Shown piece by piece: positions 1 to 10,619 of a stretch of DNA of 64,000 nt (within the stretch, counting starts at the first letter, position 1; every line of letters begins with the position of its first letter). A program made the translations under genes and the position numbers. The notes under the pieces were generated by a model. That model had not been told where the DNA came from. It ran no database searches and was given only the letters and a program-made list of their open reading frames with translations. The stretch is from Candidatus Poribacteria bacterium (GTDB taxonomy: Bacteria; Poribacteria; WGA-4E; WGA-3G), in contig CBDBFU010000007.1 of assembly GCA_965205025.1 (NCBI GenBank), positions 128,001 to 192,000 on the forward strand. The letters are read 5' to 3'.

Positions 1-511
1 CGCCATCAGTATCGTCAACATCGGCATAGGATAAGATGGTTTCAAGCGGAATATTTTCAATAAGTCCCATACCGAAAACAGGTGGTGGTAGCCTTGTTGA
101 TTTATCTACACCCATTGGAAGAGTTTCGTAAGGTGCACCAGGGATAGTTTTGTCTTGGAACTGGGGACCTCCCATGTCAAGCATGAGATTATGTCCTATG
201 CTAAATCGGATAAGTGCTGTGTCTGGTAGTCCACGACCATTTCCGGGATGACAACCAACACAACTTGTCTGATTAAAAATGGGACCTAAGCCTTCTTCTA
301 CTGTAAATTCCTTCATAAATGCTTCCTTTCCTCGTGCAAATATGGCACTCAGATCAGAAGGTAACATCTCAAAGGGTGTCTCAAAATCACCAAATGGTGA
401 ATCAATATCATCGTCAGGTGGTATTAATTGAGGAATATTAATCCTACCATCACACCCAATTAAAGATGTGAGAACAATAAAAGCAACAAACAATGTGTAA
501 AATCTCTTCAA
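1..511 (-). CDS. Di-heme oxidoreductase (DHOR/thiol oxidoreductase) family lipoprotein, 5' part (runs off the window)
   Basis: Manual minus-strand translation from TTG at 511, after a GGAG RBS: MKRFYTLFVAFIVLTSLIGC (lipobox)...EGLGPIFNQTSCVGCHPGNGRG. The CxxCH heme motif sits in the GLGPxFN context typical of this family. Not in the ORF track. Confidence 0.75.
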   Translation of the reverse strand, partial: MKRFYTLFVAFIVLTSLIGCDGRINIPQLIPPDDDIDSPFGDFETPFEMLPSDLSAIFARGKEAFMKEFTVEEGLGPIFNQTSCVGCHPGNGRGLPDTALIRFSIGHNLMLDMGGPQFQDKTIPGAPYETLPMGVDKSTRLPPPVFGMGLIENIPLETILSYADVDDTDG

Positions 512-1087
512 TGTCAACTCCTTGTAAATATAATTAGTAAAAATCTATATATTAAGACTTGCTTAATGCAATATCATATTTGTTTCATCTGATTACAATC
601 AACTGATAAATTGTGGCTTATTGCGATATACTGATAAAAATATCCTATCACAACAAGAAGATGAAAGTACTAATATAAGGACATATATATATCAATTATA
701 ATATATTATAATAATTTGTCCTGTTATCAGTAAATTATACTTTGTCCAGATAAGTAAGTCAAATTAATTCTGTAGAATAGCATTCAGTATATCAGAGTTA
801 GTGACAGTCTATTTTGTTGGAAACCTTGAATTATATAGATTACCTCTGATATAATATAAACTAACGTTCCATACTAATACCGTAAGTTCTGAACTGGTAG
901 AAATTTAGGTTTTTACATTTCTTTTTTAATTGTAGGTAAAAATTATCTTAAGAACGCGCATCTGGTAAGATTAAAACATCAATACCGGAGGAGGCACAAA
1001 ACATATTTGTTCAAACAAGGTAACCTATAATAATGCTGCCAGTGTCAGGATAGGTTATGCCATTGAGTTTAGGAGGTAGTCAAAACA

Positions 1088-4000
1088 ATGGAATCTATAA
1101 AAAATATCATCCAGCAATGTCATCAACGACATGAAAAACCTCTTCGTCAACGTATGACTGAGCTCACACCTGCGATGTATACAAAGGATCACCCGTACCA
1201 GTATACGGTTTATTGTGCGCACCGCTACCCTGTAATGCTTCATGACTTGGAACAAGCACATATCTCTTTTATGCCTATTGGACTCACTCCTTGGAACGAT
1301 CAGGGTCCTGAGGATTATAAGGGAAATAGGTTCTTGGAACGACAGGGGATAACGGATTGGGATACTAAGCAGTGGAATACCTCATGGGGAATTAAGCAGT
1401 ATACAGGAATTCCATCGGAACGCAATGGTGCACGATGGCACAATTTGCACTTTAAGTATGAGGCAATCTGTGCAGCACCCGATGCTGTTGCCGAATGCAT
1501 TGAAGCCCTTGTCAATATTGTGAATAACCCACTTTTGACATTAGGGAAATCGGGTGGACTCCGCTTCTCCTGTAGAGTTCAAGATTATCTTCACTCCAAT
1601 ACAGAAGCATCGAAATTGTATATCTACAAAGATACCTTGAAGGTAGAACATACATATCAACGTGACGTGTATCTTGAGATATATGGTGACAAAGGACTTG
1701 CACGTTGGGATGCGCGTTATGAAATCCTCGTGGGAAACTTGTTAGACCCACCAGTCCTTGACAAAGAAGTACTCTTCGCCCCCATTGATGTACTCCGTGC
1801 GAAACTTCACGAACCTGTCCCTGATAACGCGGAAGGGAAGCAAATTGTCACCCGTGCCCCGCTATCTCTCGGTTCAGAAAACCTTGATCTGGCAAAAAAA
1901 GCATTTTTGCAGCGTGGATTTTCTTATATCCGACAAGAGGATAGTATTCACCGTTGGACACAATCTGAAGCAACTGATGATGATTATGAGGTATCACTAT
2001 TTGAAAGCGATGGGGTGGTATGGATCCGCGCGTCCGCTTCTAACAGTGAACTGCCGAATCAACCAACACGAATAACTGATGTTTGGGACGATACGGGTAT
2101 TTCCTTTCTAATAGAAAATGCAACGCCTCCTATTCACGGTAAAATGAAGCAGGTACGAAGAGATGAACTCAGTCCATTGGCGATAAAACGCCCTTCTCCC
2201 GTGTTAAGACAAGAGGATAATACCGAAAAGGATGAAATACTTGAAAGGGATGTGTCTCAGATAGAACACGTGTTTGACCAAGGTGTACGTATTCTGGGAA
2301 TCATTACAGGTATAGGACCGTGGGACAAACAAGCAGAAGAAACATATTTTTTTAAGGGTGGTGTAATTACCGTAAATACGCCAGATATGGAATTCGCAGA
2401 GGGACCGGAAAGATACTTTCAAAAGTTGAATATGCCATCGGTTGTTTATTGGAAGCCGAGAACTCACCTCTGGGAAGAAGTCAAAGATATCCCAATGCAA
2501 GAACGTATGAGTACTCCATTTAAAAATGGAAATGTCTGTGAAGATGCAGAAAGGTGTACCGCACTTGAGGAGAAAGGCGGAAACCCGGATGAAAGCATCT
2601 GTCCACAGTGTCCCGTCTATACAGTGTGCCAACAGAAGGGATACTTATCCCAATTTACCTCATCACAAAGTGCAAAAGTACAATTGTTGACAATTCCACA
2701 ACTGTTTTTTGACCCCCAATACACCGAATTAGTTAAACAGATACTTGAACGAGAAGATGAAACCGAACGACTCTGTATTATCAACCAGCAACGAACACAT
2801 AAGTTTTTTCTCGAATGTAAAATCTCAAAAAACGTTATGGAGGAATGGGCTACGATTTGGCAAGGATCCGAATTAGGAAACTTCGCAAAAACATTGCTAA
2901 GTGCATTGGATATTAAGGACAAACTTTACGGTGATGCTGTCAAAGGTATACGTGCAGTGATGCAAACCTTTGAATGGCAAGAAGAAAGGCTTATCCAGCA
3001 AATGTGTCAAGTGGTTACACACGGCAGGTTAGTCGAACAGGAATTCGTTGACCCTGATACCAGAAAGACATTGGCACGGTTCACCATCGAATTTGAAGGT
3101 GACGCATCTGCATACATTCCCTTGGATAGTAGTGCCGCAGACAAACTTAAAGAAAAGGGATTACCCGTTTTTCTAAAATCTTTTCCACTTAACGAAACCA
3201 TAAGAGTTACAATGTTAATGACACAGGCTATTGAGTTAGGTATCTTGAATACAGAAACTGTGGACAGCATTCATCATTTTCCAGCCGTATGTCGCCAGCA
3301 AGACTGGACATATTGGCACCAGCTCAAACGCTTCATCACACATTACAAAAGAGATAATGATGCACCGATCCGTTGGGATGGTGAAGTCCTACGATTTTGG
3401 GTACCACCAGTGCTACACACAAACGTAAGACGTCTTTTATTGGTTTCCTCAGTCTTTTCTGATGAACACCTTCATAGAGTGTTCCCCGATGGAAACTTAC
3501 AGACCCATTGGACCGAACCCATACCATGGAACCACGGAAGCCGAGTCTTTCAGGTTCGCACAGGCATCTATCCGTCGGAGACTATTCTTGATGACCGCAT
3601 CTGGAGTCATGTCAGACTCTCCGAAACAGGACAACGTTTCCTTCGCGGTATCCAAGCGGAAATTGAAGCGAATTTGAACGTTAAACATGGAATTATAACC
3701 AATAAAGATATTGCCAGATATTTGGATGATATCGCAAAGAAAAAGAACGTATGCTTTGTAGAGGATTTCCAAAAGATAAGAGTGTCAGACACTATTTCTG
3801 AAGATGCCGATGTCATTTGGGTGATTGGAACGCCACAACGTTCAACGAATGCTATTTGGCAGCGCGCCCAGATGTTGTACGGGAACACTAAAGAACCGCT
3901 CTCTTATAAATACGAAATAGAATCCGGTACCTACAAAGACCCGCGGCTTCAAAGTATTTACGAGGAAGATGCAATTTATTCACTCACTCAGATTATTTTA

Positions 4001-4471
4001 CAAGCTGAATTGGATCAATTGACGGATAGACGGATTGTGTTGATCACAGGGGTACCACTTCCCAACATTACTAACAGACCTGAAACATCCATCTTTGATT
4101 GGGAAGATTTTGAGATTGCCGGCGGATTAGATAAACTACCTGAGATAATCGCTACACGTGAACGCTTTGAACAAGAACGTGAAAACTTAACGGCTGAATC
4201 AAGTAGAGAGGAAGTGCAACGGGTTTTGGGTTGTTCCCATAGACAAGCAAACCGAGTCTTGCAAAGGCTTAGAGGTGGGAATATCACACGTAAAACCTTC
4301 CGAGAACAAATACTTTCCATCCTCACCAACGGAGAGAAAAAAACAGCCGAAATTACTGATGCAATCAGCGGACACCCAGAGGCAATACAACACGAACTCA
4401 GACGTCTTGTAGAGTCGGATGAAATTGTCAGAATTCGACGCGGCGTATACACTTTACCAGAAGCTAAATAA
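1088..4471 (+). CDS. Large hypothetical protein: degenerate prim-pol-like N-terminus, Cys cluster, helicase-like middle, C-terminal winged-helix domains
   Basis: 1127-aa ORF with AGGAGG RBS. Motifs WGIKQYTG...KSGGLRF...LEIYGDKG; CEDAERC..CPQCPVYTVC; C-terminal HTH-like segments ending IRRGVYTL. Confidence 0.6.
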   Translation: MESIKNIIQQCHQRHEKPLRQRMTELTPAMYTKDHPYQYTVYCAHRYPVMLHDLEQAHISFMPIGLTPWNDQGPEDYKGNRFLERQGITDWDTKQWNTSWGIKQYTGIPSERNGARWHNLHFKYEAICAAPDAVAECIEALVNIVNNPLLTLGKSGGLRFSCRVQDYLHSNTEASKLYIYKDTLKVEHTYQRDVYLEIYGDKGLARWDARYEILVGNLLDPPVLDKEVLFAPIDVLRAKLHEPVPDNAEGKQIVTRAPLSLGSENLDLAKKAFLQRGFSYIRQEDSIHRWTQSEATDDDYEVSLFESDGVVWIRASASNSELPNQPTRITDVWDDTGISFLIENATPPIHGKMKQVRRDELSPLAIKRPSPVLRQEDNTEKDEILERDVSQIEHVFDQGVRILGIITGIGPWDKQAEETYFFKGGVITVNTPDMEFAEGPERYFQKLNMPSVVYWKPRTHLWEEVKDIPMQERMSTPFKNGNVCEDAERCTALEEKGGNPDESICPQCPVYTVCQQKGYLSQFTSSQSAKVQLLTIPQLFFDPQYTELVKQILEREDETERLCIINQQRTHKFFLECKISKNVMEEWATIWQGSELGNFAKTLLSALDIKDKLYGDAVKGIRAVMQTFEWQEERLIQQMCQVVTHGRLVEQEFVDPDTRKTLARFTIEFEGDASAYIPLDSSAADKLKEKGLPVFLKSFPLNETIRVTMLMTQAIELGILNTETVDSIHHFPAVCRQQDWTYWHQLKRFITHYKRDNDAPIRWDGEVLRFWVPPVLHTNVRRLLLVSSVFSDEHLHRVFPDGNLQTHWTEPIPWNHGSRVFQVRTGIYPSETILDDRIWSHVRLSETGQRFLRGIQAEIEANLNVKHGIITNKDIARYLDDIAKKKNVCFVEDFQKIRVSDTISEDADVIWVIGTPQRSTNAIWQRAQMLYGNTKEPLSYKYEIESGTYKDPRLQSIYEEDAIYSLTQIILQAELDQLTDRRIVLITGVPLPNITNRPETSIFDWEDFEIAGGLDKLPEIIATRERFEQERENLTAESSREEVQRVLGCSHRQANRVLQRLRGGNITRKTFREQILSILTNGEKKTAEITDAISGHPEAIQHELRRLVESDEIVRIRRGVYTLPEAK

Positions 4472-4626
4472 TCCCTAACTAAAATAACTTTGTAATCCGC
4501 GTTTTCTTTGTAATCCGCGTTTTTCGATGAATTCCTTACTGGATGTTCGGAGAGTGTCCAGTATGGAATTCATATCGTTGATTTTGTGGTTATGTAAATA
4601 CTATTTGAGATAGATTTTTACGATAA

Positions 4627-5424
4627 TTAACGTGCACCGCACGCTTGTAAACACGCCTGCATATGACCGCGTGATTCAGCTGCAATAGTACAACACTGTT
4701 CTAAACTATATTCTTTTGCACCAATCACTTCAAGGTTTAGTGGTCCGGTATACCCGTTTTCGTGTAATACGCGTATGTACCCGACAAGGTCAATATCTCC
4801 TCTTCCGTTAGCTTGTAATTCAGGATCGCCAGGCCCGCGTTGTGTGCCTTTACAATCTCTTATATGTACATGTTTTACACGTGAAACAACAGCAGCAATT
4901 GCTTCCACAGGATTCTCATCCGCCCGATGAATGTGGGATGGATCCATATCAATTCCAAATGCTGGAGATGAAATCTCTTCCATTGCACGTAGTGTGGTTG
5001 GTGTATTATATATACTTGCCCCTACATGTGCTTTGACACATAGTGTTACACCGTAATGTTCGGCACGTTCCGATAAGGTTCCGAGAGAATCAATCACTTC
5101 TTGCCAAGTATCCTCATTATCCGATGCACCACCCGGACCGCAATTAATAATTGGAATTCCTATTTCAGCAGCAGCTTGAAAAGCAAGTTCCATTTTTTCT
5201 GCATCGCGGGAAGGTTGTTCCATCGCTAACAATTCCAGATTATATTCTTTTCCAAGTCTCTTGATGTCGTCAGCGAGTTCCTGCCAGTTTGCAAGAACAA
5301 GATGTTGACTCATTCCATCAATTGCAGAAAGTTCAATGCCATCATACCCAGCCATGGCAATGTGTTTAAAGGCAGTGTCCATATCATAACCACCAAAAAG
5401 CACTGAATTTGCACCTAATTTCAA
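4627..5424 (-). CDS. Sugar phosphate isomerase/epimerase (xylose isomerase-like TIM barrel)
   Basis: AGYDGIEL, DMDPSH, HVHIRD, GRGDID, GYTGPLNLE motifs. Confidence 0.85.
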   Translation of the reverse strand: MKLGANSVLFGGYDMDTAFKHIAMAGYDGIELSAIDGMSQHLVLANWQELADDIKRLGKEYNLELLAMEQPSRDAEKMELAFQAAAEIGIPIINCGPGGASDNEDTWQEVIDSLGTLSERAEHYGVTLCVKAHVGASIYNTPTTLRAMEEISSPAFGIDMDPSHIHRADENPVEAIAAVVSRVKHVHIRDCKGTQRGPGDPELQANGRGDIDLVGYIRVLHENGYTGPLNLEVIGAKEYSLEQCCTIAAESRGHMQACLQACGAR

Positions 5425-5505
5425 ATGTGTTCTCCTTCTATACTGTCCATAAGGACGAATTCAAGGTTGGGTGTTATTCCTTTAATTGTCTACAGTTAAT
5501 ATTGA

Positions 5506-6585
5506 CTAAAGGCCATTAAGAGTTGGAAGCGGATGTGGACGTACTAAAACTCCACCCTCTTCATAAGATTCCATAGCTGCCCAGGTATATTCAAGTGCTG
5601 CAAGAGCATCTCTACCAGAAGCGCGAACTTTTTCTTTTGACACACCGTTTGTAATGTCTTCTAAAAAAGCATGTATTCTACGAGGAAATGTCTGTCCAAA
5701 ATCACTTATTCCCGAATCAGTGACAATTGTCTCACTACCGTCAGGAGCACCAGGGGATGGCCAGTAAGTGATCTTTTCTATGCAATTCTCAATACAGAAT
5801 GTACCACGCGTACCAGCGAGTTCCACACTCCACCATCCACCAAGTCCGAAGGTGGCATCCCCGCGTTGACTTAGCAGATACCCAATACAACCATTTTCAA
5901 AACGGAGATGTATGCTGTTAATTGAGACCATCAGATCGCCTTCTTTACGCCGAAAGTGAGGACGTTCCATGAACGCTTGTACATGTGTTACATCTCCGCA
6001 GAAATGTCGCATCACACTAAATGGATGGGATAAGAATGCCTTCACATGGAAATATGGAAAACCATCAGAACGGGGTGCTTTAGAGTAACTATAGTTATAT
6101 TCTCCACCAGCAAATCCCATCTTGTGGAGTATATATACCATCTCCCCAATTTGTCCATTGTCTATATATTGTTGTGCTTGTTCAGCGGGGGGAGTGAAAT
6201 AGTGGTTTAGATTGCACCCAAGGTAAAGATCCATTTCTGTAGCAAGCGCGACCATGTCGCGTGCTTGACCTATATCGTTGGAGATTGGTTTTTCAACAAG
6301 AACGTGTTTGCCACTCTCTAATGCTTCCATAGTAGGTTCATAATGCCAACTGCCGTTTTCATTCCCACCCGTGGTTACATCAACGATATCTAAATCTGCT
6401 TCTCCATCAATCATATCTGCTAAACTATAATAAGCTTTCACACCGAGCCGTTCTGCAGCACTATCTGCCCGTTCTTTTTCTATATCACAGACCGCAACAA
6501 GCTCTGCTAAATCATCATTTGCGTGGCAATTAGCATGATTATTCCCTATTCCACTCATGCCAACAACGCCAACTTTTAATGCCAT
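5506..6585 (-). CDS. Gfo/Idh/MocA family oxidoreductase
   Basis: KVGVVGMSGIG Rossmann motif; GKHVLVEKP motif. Confidence 0.9.
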   Translation of the reverse strand: MALKVGVVGMSGIGNNHANCHANDDLAELVAVCDIEKERADSAAERLGVKAYYSLADMIDGEADLDIVDVTTGGNENGSWHYEPTMEALESGKHVLVEKPISNDIGQARDMVALATEMDLYLGCNLNHYFTPPAEQAQQYIDNGQIGEMVYILHKMGFAGGEYNYSYSKAPRSDGFPYFHVKAFLSHPFSVMRHFCGDVTHVQAFMERPHFRRKEGDLMVSINSIHLRFENGCIGYLLSQRGDATFGLGGWWSVELAGTRGTFCIENCIEKITYWPSPGAPDGSETIVTDSGISDFGQTFPRRIHAFLEDITNGVSKEKVRASGRDALAALEYTWAAMESYEEGGVLVRPHPLPTLNGL

Positions 6586-6674
6586 TTTGTATTCCTTCCA
6601 AATTAGTAAAAATAGACTTTAAAAATCTATTCTATACCGTCGAAGTCCGTTATGTCAACCAATATCTTCGTTAC

Positions 6675-7072
6675 GGATGCGTAAAGTTTTTGTCATAAAA
6701 CCTTATGCTGCTATTGTATCTGGATACCACAAACGCTACTTATACTTTCAAAGTGAGATAGAATACCTAATTATAGTGAAAGTGAACAATAAATTAATAC
6801 TACATTTTCTATTGGCTCAACTTACGTTTGCGTCCTACCCCTCTTCTGTAGGAGCGACCTCCCGGTCGCGACCAGGAGGTCGCTCCTACAAGTAAAGAGT
6901 CTAATTAAATCTAAAGTTACTATATGTTAGATGTATGGAAAAAGTGTTAATATATATTGTTCTGAGATGACTGCACTTTCACGGAAACCTTCACGGAGCA
7001 ATTTTACGAACCCTTACTCTATAAGGGTTTATAATTTAAGTGTATCAATTCTCCGTGAATCACGCATGTTAA
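6675..7072 (+). repeat. Dispersed non-coding element family A (GGRTGCGTAAAGTTTTTGTCA... start plus TTCACGGA module), copy 1, interrupted by a GTAG-REP MITE
   Basis: Start motif recurs at 57208, 58203 and 63950; module 6974-7072 closely matches 57375-57473. Confidence 0.75.
6772..6924. mobile_element. MITE carrying a GTAG-type REP doublet (GTAGGAGCGACCTCC...GGAGGTCGCTCCTAC)
   Basis: TATAGTGAA/GTTACTATA ends; near-identical copies at 16796-16945 and 63737-63849. Confidence 0.75.
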
Positions 7073-7320
7073 TATTTATACAACTCACAGCGTTTTTGCC
7101 AGTTTTATATGGGGTTTTATACCAAAACTTACATCCTGTCAAAGGTATTCAATTGTTCAGTTTATTCGAAGGATTTAAGAGATTTTCAATTAATAGATTC
7201 AGATCCTCTGATAGAATATTGTAGCAACTTGGGTTAGCTCAATAAACAACATGGATTTCTCGTATTTTTTGCCGATATATCAAGCTCATGTGGCACACAC
7301 TATTAGGACAGCAAACAGGC

Positions 7321-7520
7321 AAAAAGTTACACTTTTTGTCACATCGTGTGACATTTTAAATTGTGCTATACCGCCAGTACTACACGGGGTTTATAGGACT
7401 TTTTTAAGAATTCGAAAATTTGCAAAAAAGATAACTTTTATGTCTTTTACTCTTCTTCTAAACCATTAACTTGGAATGGTTTGACTAAGTAATATCCTAT
7501 CATCCATTCTGACATGATAC
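7321..7520 (+). repeat. Conserved non-coding element B starting with AAAAAGTTACACTTTTTGTCACA-N3-TGTGACATT
   Basis: Homologous over about 200 bp to 58337-58545; inverted 35-bp copy at 15191-15225. Confidence 0.75.
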
Positions 7521-7768
7521 TTCTGGTTTCTCTGCATTCTATTTTCATAACACAATTTCCAATACATAATTTTACTGTTTAAAGTCAGATATAGAAAAAG
7601 TAGAAGATATTTAGTAAGAATTTCACTTTTTTGCTTGTTATGAAAGTTGATAAAGGTTTCATGATACATCTAAAACCTTCTACTATATTGAAATCACCTT
7701 GAATATATTACTTAGCGTATCAGTTAATCAGTCAAGTAGAAGTTAGGATTTCAAATTGGTTGTTAGTC

Positions 7769-8242
7769 TTAGTACTTCAAATTTTCTTTAGTCATAAACC
7801 CTTCAAGATTTGTGCATTCAATTTTAAATTCTTTGCATATATTTGGTATGCTTGAACTATTCGGTTTTTCTTTTTCCTCTGTAACAACACATGCGTTTTT
7901 TACTTTAGCTAAAGCTATAATAAAAGGATCCGCAAAATACCCTCCTTGTAGAAACCTTTTTGCTTCTAATAGTGCCTTGAACTTTTTGGACAAAAAGATC
8001 TGTTCAACAAAAGTAGTTTCTGCTAATGTTGGAACAAGAAAAATATCTCTATTTTCTGTTGCCCATTTTAGTATCTGTTCATCGTCTTGAAATCTCACAT
8101 CAAGTTCATTTTTCACCTCTCTTGTTGATATTATTTTTTCGTAAATTACATAATTTTGTATATCACTCCAAAAGTTTAAAAACCGACTTTGAAAAATAAA
8201 GCGTAAGGTAGAAACACTACTTGTGTCAAATGCATAAGTCAT
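7769..8242 (-). CDS. DUF4411 family PIN-like domain protein
   Basis: YAFDTSS, EVKNEL, ADPFIIALA, VVTEE, IPNIC motifs; ATGA overlap with the upstream ImmA gene. Confidence 0.85.
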   Translation of the reverse strand: MTYAFDTSSVSTLRFIFQSRFLNFWSDIQNYVIYEKIISTREVKNELDVRFQDDEQILKWATENRDIFLVPTLAETTFVEQIFLSKKFKALLEAKRFLQGGYFADPFIIALAKVKNACVVTEEKEKPNSSSIPNICKEFKIECTNLEGFMTKENLKY

Positions 8243-9390
8243 GAATTCGCTATCCTCTGTATAAAACTATCTTCAAGTTTAGGTATATTTTTTTCCTGAA
8301 CATTAAAATAACTGGCCAATTGATCAATAGAACATTTGCCTTCATAATGTTTTTTAAATGCAAGTGTTAAAAAATGTTGGCCTAAATACATAATTTGATT
8401 ATAGTAATAGTTTCCTCCTCCTGAAGATTGGCTATTTTTTGACTTATTTTTACCTTCTTTACGCCACTTAGACAATTGTTTTTGGTAAATAGTATCGGAT
8501 ATTGCCTCTATTTGCAGAAACTTTAATAAAATCACGTGTAAGCTTACTTTATAAACATTAGCAATATCTCTTACTGCTTTCTCACTATATTCAACAGTTG
8601 CATAATGATCGGTAAAATGCTTTAATGGCACTAAAAACTCTGATGAAAACTTGTTGCAAAATACCTCATCTCTTTTATTCTTTGAGACTAGATCGCTTGT
8701 AATACCATTGTTTCCTAATAAAATATGAGCCAACTCATGAAACAAGGTAAATATTTGCCTGCTTTCAACATTTGTATTATTTAAGTAAATTACTGGAAAC
8801 ATATCATGTGTTAAGCAAAACCCGTCTACTTGATCATCATCAAAAGCCTCTTTAAAGACAAAAATGCCTTTATCTTGAATTTTATCTCTCCACCTAACAA
8901 GTGCTGATTGTGTATCTTTCCAAAAGATTTGATCCTCTACAGATATATCTAAATATTCTCTAACCTCCGCAGCTAGTCTTATAGGAGATCTGTTACGTTT
9001 GGCTTGAATAGTATCAAAAATTTTGTCCCCTTCAAAGTCCTCTTTTTCGTAAAGTTCCTCTAACGCAAGTTGTCGGGTAAAAGCTTGACGATATAGACGA
9101 TATATTTTGGGTTTCAATTTTTCAATTTCGGAAGATCGTAACATTGGCTGATCCATAATATATTCTTCTTCTGGAGGTTCTGGTAAGAAAAAAACTGCTA
9201 TTGGTCGTCCATATTTCCTCGCTAATGTTTCAAGTTGAATATAAGTTGGTGCTTTTATTCCTGCCTCCCAATCTTCTATAGTTTCTTTTTCTTTATTGAA
9301 TTCTTTTGCAATACCCTCTTCGGAATAACCTGAACGTATCCGTGCCCATTTAAGAATGTCGCAATTTACATTTGTAATTTTTTCACGCAT
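8239..9390 (-). CDS. XRE-HTH / ImmA-IrrE family metallo-endopeptidase fusion
   Basis: N-terminal HTH (LKWARIRSG...WEAG..PT..QL..LA) and FTLFHELAH HExxH motif. Confidence 0.9.
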   Translation of the reverse strand: MREKITNVNCDILKWARIRSGYSEEGIAKEFNKEKETIEDWEAGIKAPTYIQLETLARKYGRPIAVFFLPEPPEEEYIMDQPMLRSSEIEKLKPKIYRLYRQAFTRQLALEELYEKEDFEGDKIFDTIQAKRNRSPIRLAAEVREYLDISVEDQIFWKDTQSALVRWRDKIQDKGIFVFKEAFDDDQVDGFCLTHDMFPVIYLNNTNVESRQIFTLFHELAHILLGNNGITSDLVSKNKRDEVFCNKFSSEFLVPLKHFTDHYATVEYSEKAVRDIANVYKVSLHVILLKFLQIEAISDTIYQKQLSKWRKEGKNKSKNSQSSGGGNYYYNQIMYLGQHFLTLAFKKHYEGKCSIDQLASYFNVQEKNIPKLEDSFIQRIANS

Positions 9391-9780
9391 AATATACTCC
9401 CTATATCATACATTCTACAATACAACGACTATCCTGTACCGCTACACTCTTATGATTCTTTGAAGGTAATTTTGGTGACAGAAAATCAATGACTTGCCAT
9501 TCTATTTTACTCAGTTCCATCTAAAACCAACTACCAATAATTTTATATGATATAGTTTAACAGAAATGATTTAGGATTAAAAGACAAATTTATACTATTG
9601 CAATTTATGAGATATACTGTATTTTCTAATCACCATAGTTGGAAGATTATAGATTTTAAATCATTCTAAATATATTTTATGTGATTGTAATATATGGATG
9701 TTAGATGTTAGTGATTTATATTTCTTCAATTTAATTTGAAATTGTAGAATTGGGAGTTGTTGAAGGTTTGGGAATAACTT

Positions 9781-9960
9781 ATACCATTTCTGATAATTAA
9801 AATCTCTTTGAATGTTGCACAAACTTCATGAAGATTAACTTTTTAAATCGGTAATTCTAATTCCCCAGACCCGGTATGTATTGAGTCCCGTAGGGACGGA
9901 ATGTCTATAGAAAAACGTGGATACTCCATAATTGAGTCCCGTAGGGACGGAATGTTTATA
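9781..9960. mobile_element. Partial ATACCATTTCT-ended MITE with two GAGTCCCGTAGGGACGG REP hairpins
   Basis: Reverse complement of about 57720-57908; REPs at 9881-9904 and 9932-9955. Confidence 0.7.
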
Positions 9961-10238
9961 TTTTGAAATGTAATACCATTTCTATAATATTGATCCCACA
10001 TCACTCATTGTAAAAAGAGAATTTATAGAACTAAATAACCTGCCCCAACCATTCTTCTTTGACACATACAGGTGTCTATGTTAAAATGCTTTCAACTTTA
10101 AGTGTCAAAGTAACATAAATGGCGAAACTTTAAGCTCAGAAAAGGGCGAGAAAAGTACAGAAGGGCAAGAAACTGATCGGCGTAATGTTTTATAGAGAAA
10201 GCTCTACATAATCATCTTTTGCTGAAAGGATTATAGTT

Positions 10239-10619
10239 ATGATAGAATTTTTATCAATTTTTATCTCACTTATAGGACTGTGGTTCCAACTTGTTGGAAA
10301 GAGCGACAAAGTAAAATTCCAACGTTACAAAGAGAAAGGAACGGAGATAAAAGAGTCCGGTCAACTTGCAAAAGCTGCGAAATTTTATAAAAAAGCCCTT
10401 GATATTGCAGAAGAAGACACCCAACAAGCAGAAATATGGGAGTTACTTGTATATATTCACACAGATAGAGCAATCGGAGCGAGTAAACAATACAAGCAAA
10501 AAACAGGACATATTATGCTATCTAAGAATAACGAAGGAAAATTGGAACCATGGAATTTCGGACCAGGTAAAATATCAAGTGACTACAAACCTCCACCCAA
10601 AGAAGAACTCCTAAAATGA
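10239..10619 (+). CDS. Small membrane-anchored protein with a TPR-like helix pair
   Basis: Hydrophobic N-terminus; GQLAKAAKFYKKALDIA TPR-like segment; AAAGGA RBS. Confidence 0.55.
   Translation: MIEFLSIFISLIGLWFQLVGKSDKVKFQRYKEKGTEIKESGQLAKAAKFYKKALDIAEEDTQQAEIWELLVYIHTDRAIGASKQYKQKTGHIMLSKNNEGKLEPWNFGPGKISSDYKPPPKEELLK

Noticed and set aside
4491-4526. Tandem TGTAATCCGCGTTTT duplication (and the similar AATATTGCGTAATGTG duplication near 10790-10821)
   Set aside because: Only two units each; consistent with simple slippage duplication.
6677-7669. Short ORFs 6677-6895, 6931-7224, 7251-7469 and 7466-7669
   Set aside because: They overlap repeat elements whose other copies do not keep the reading frames.
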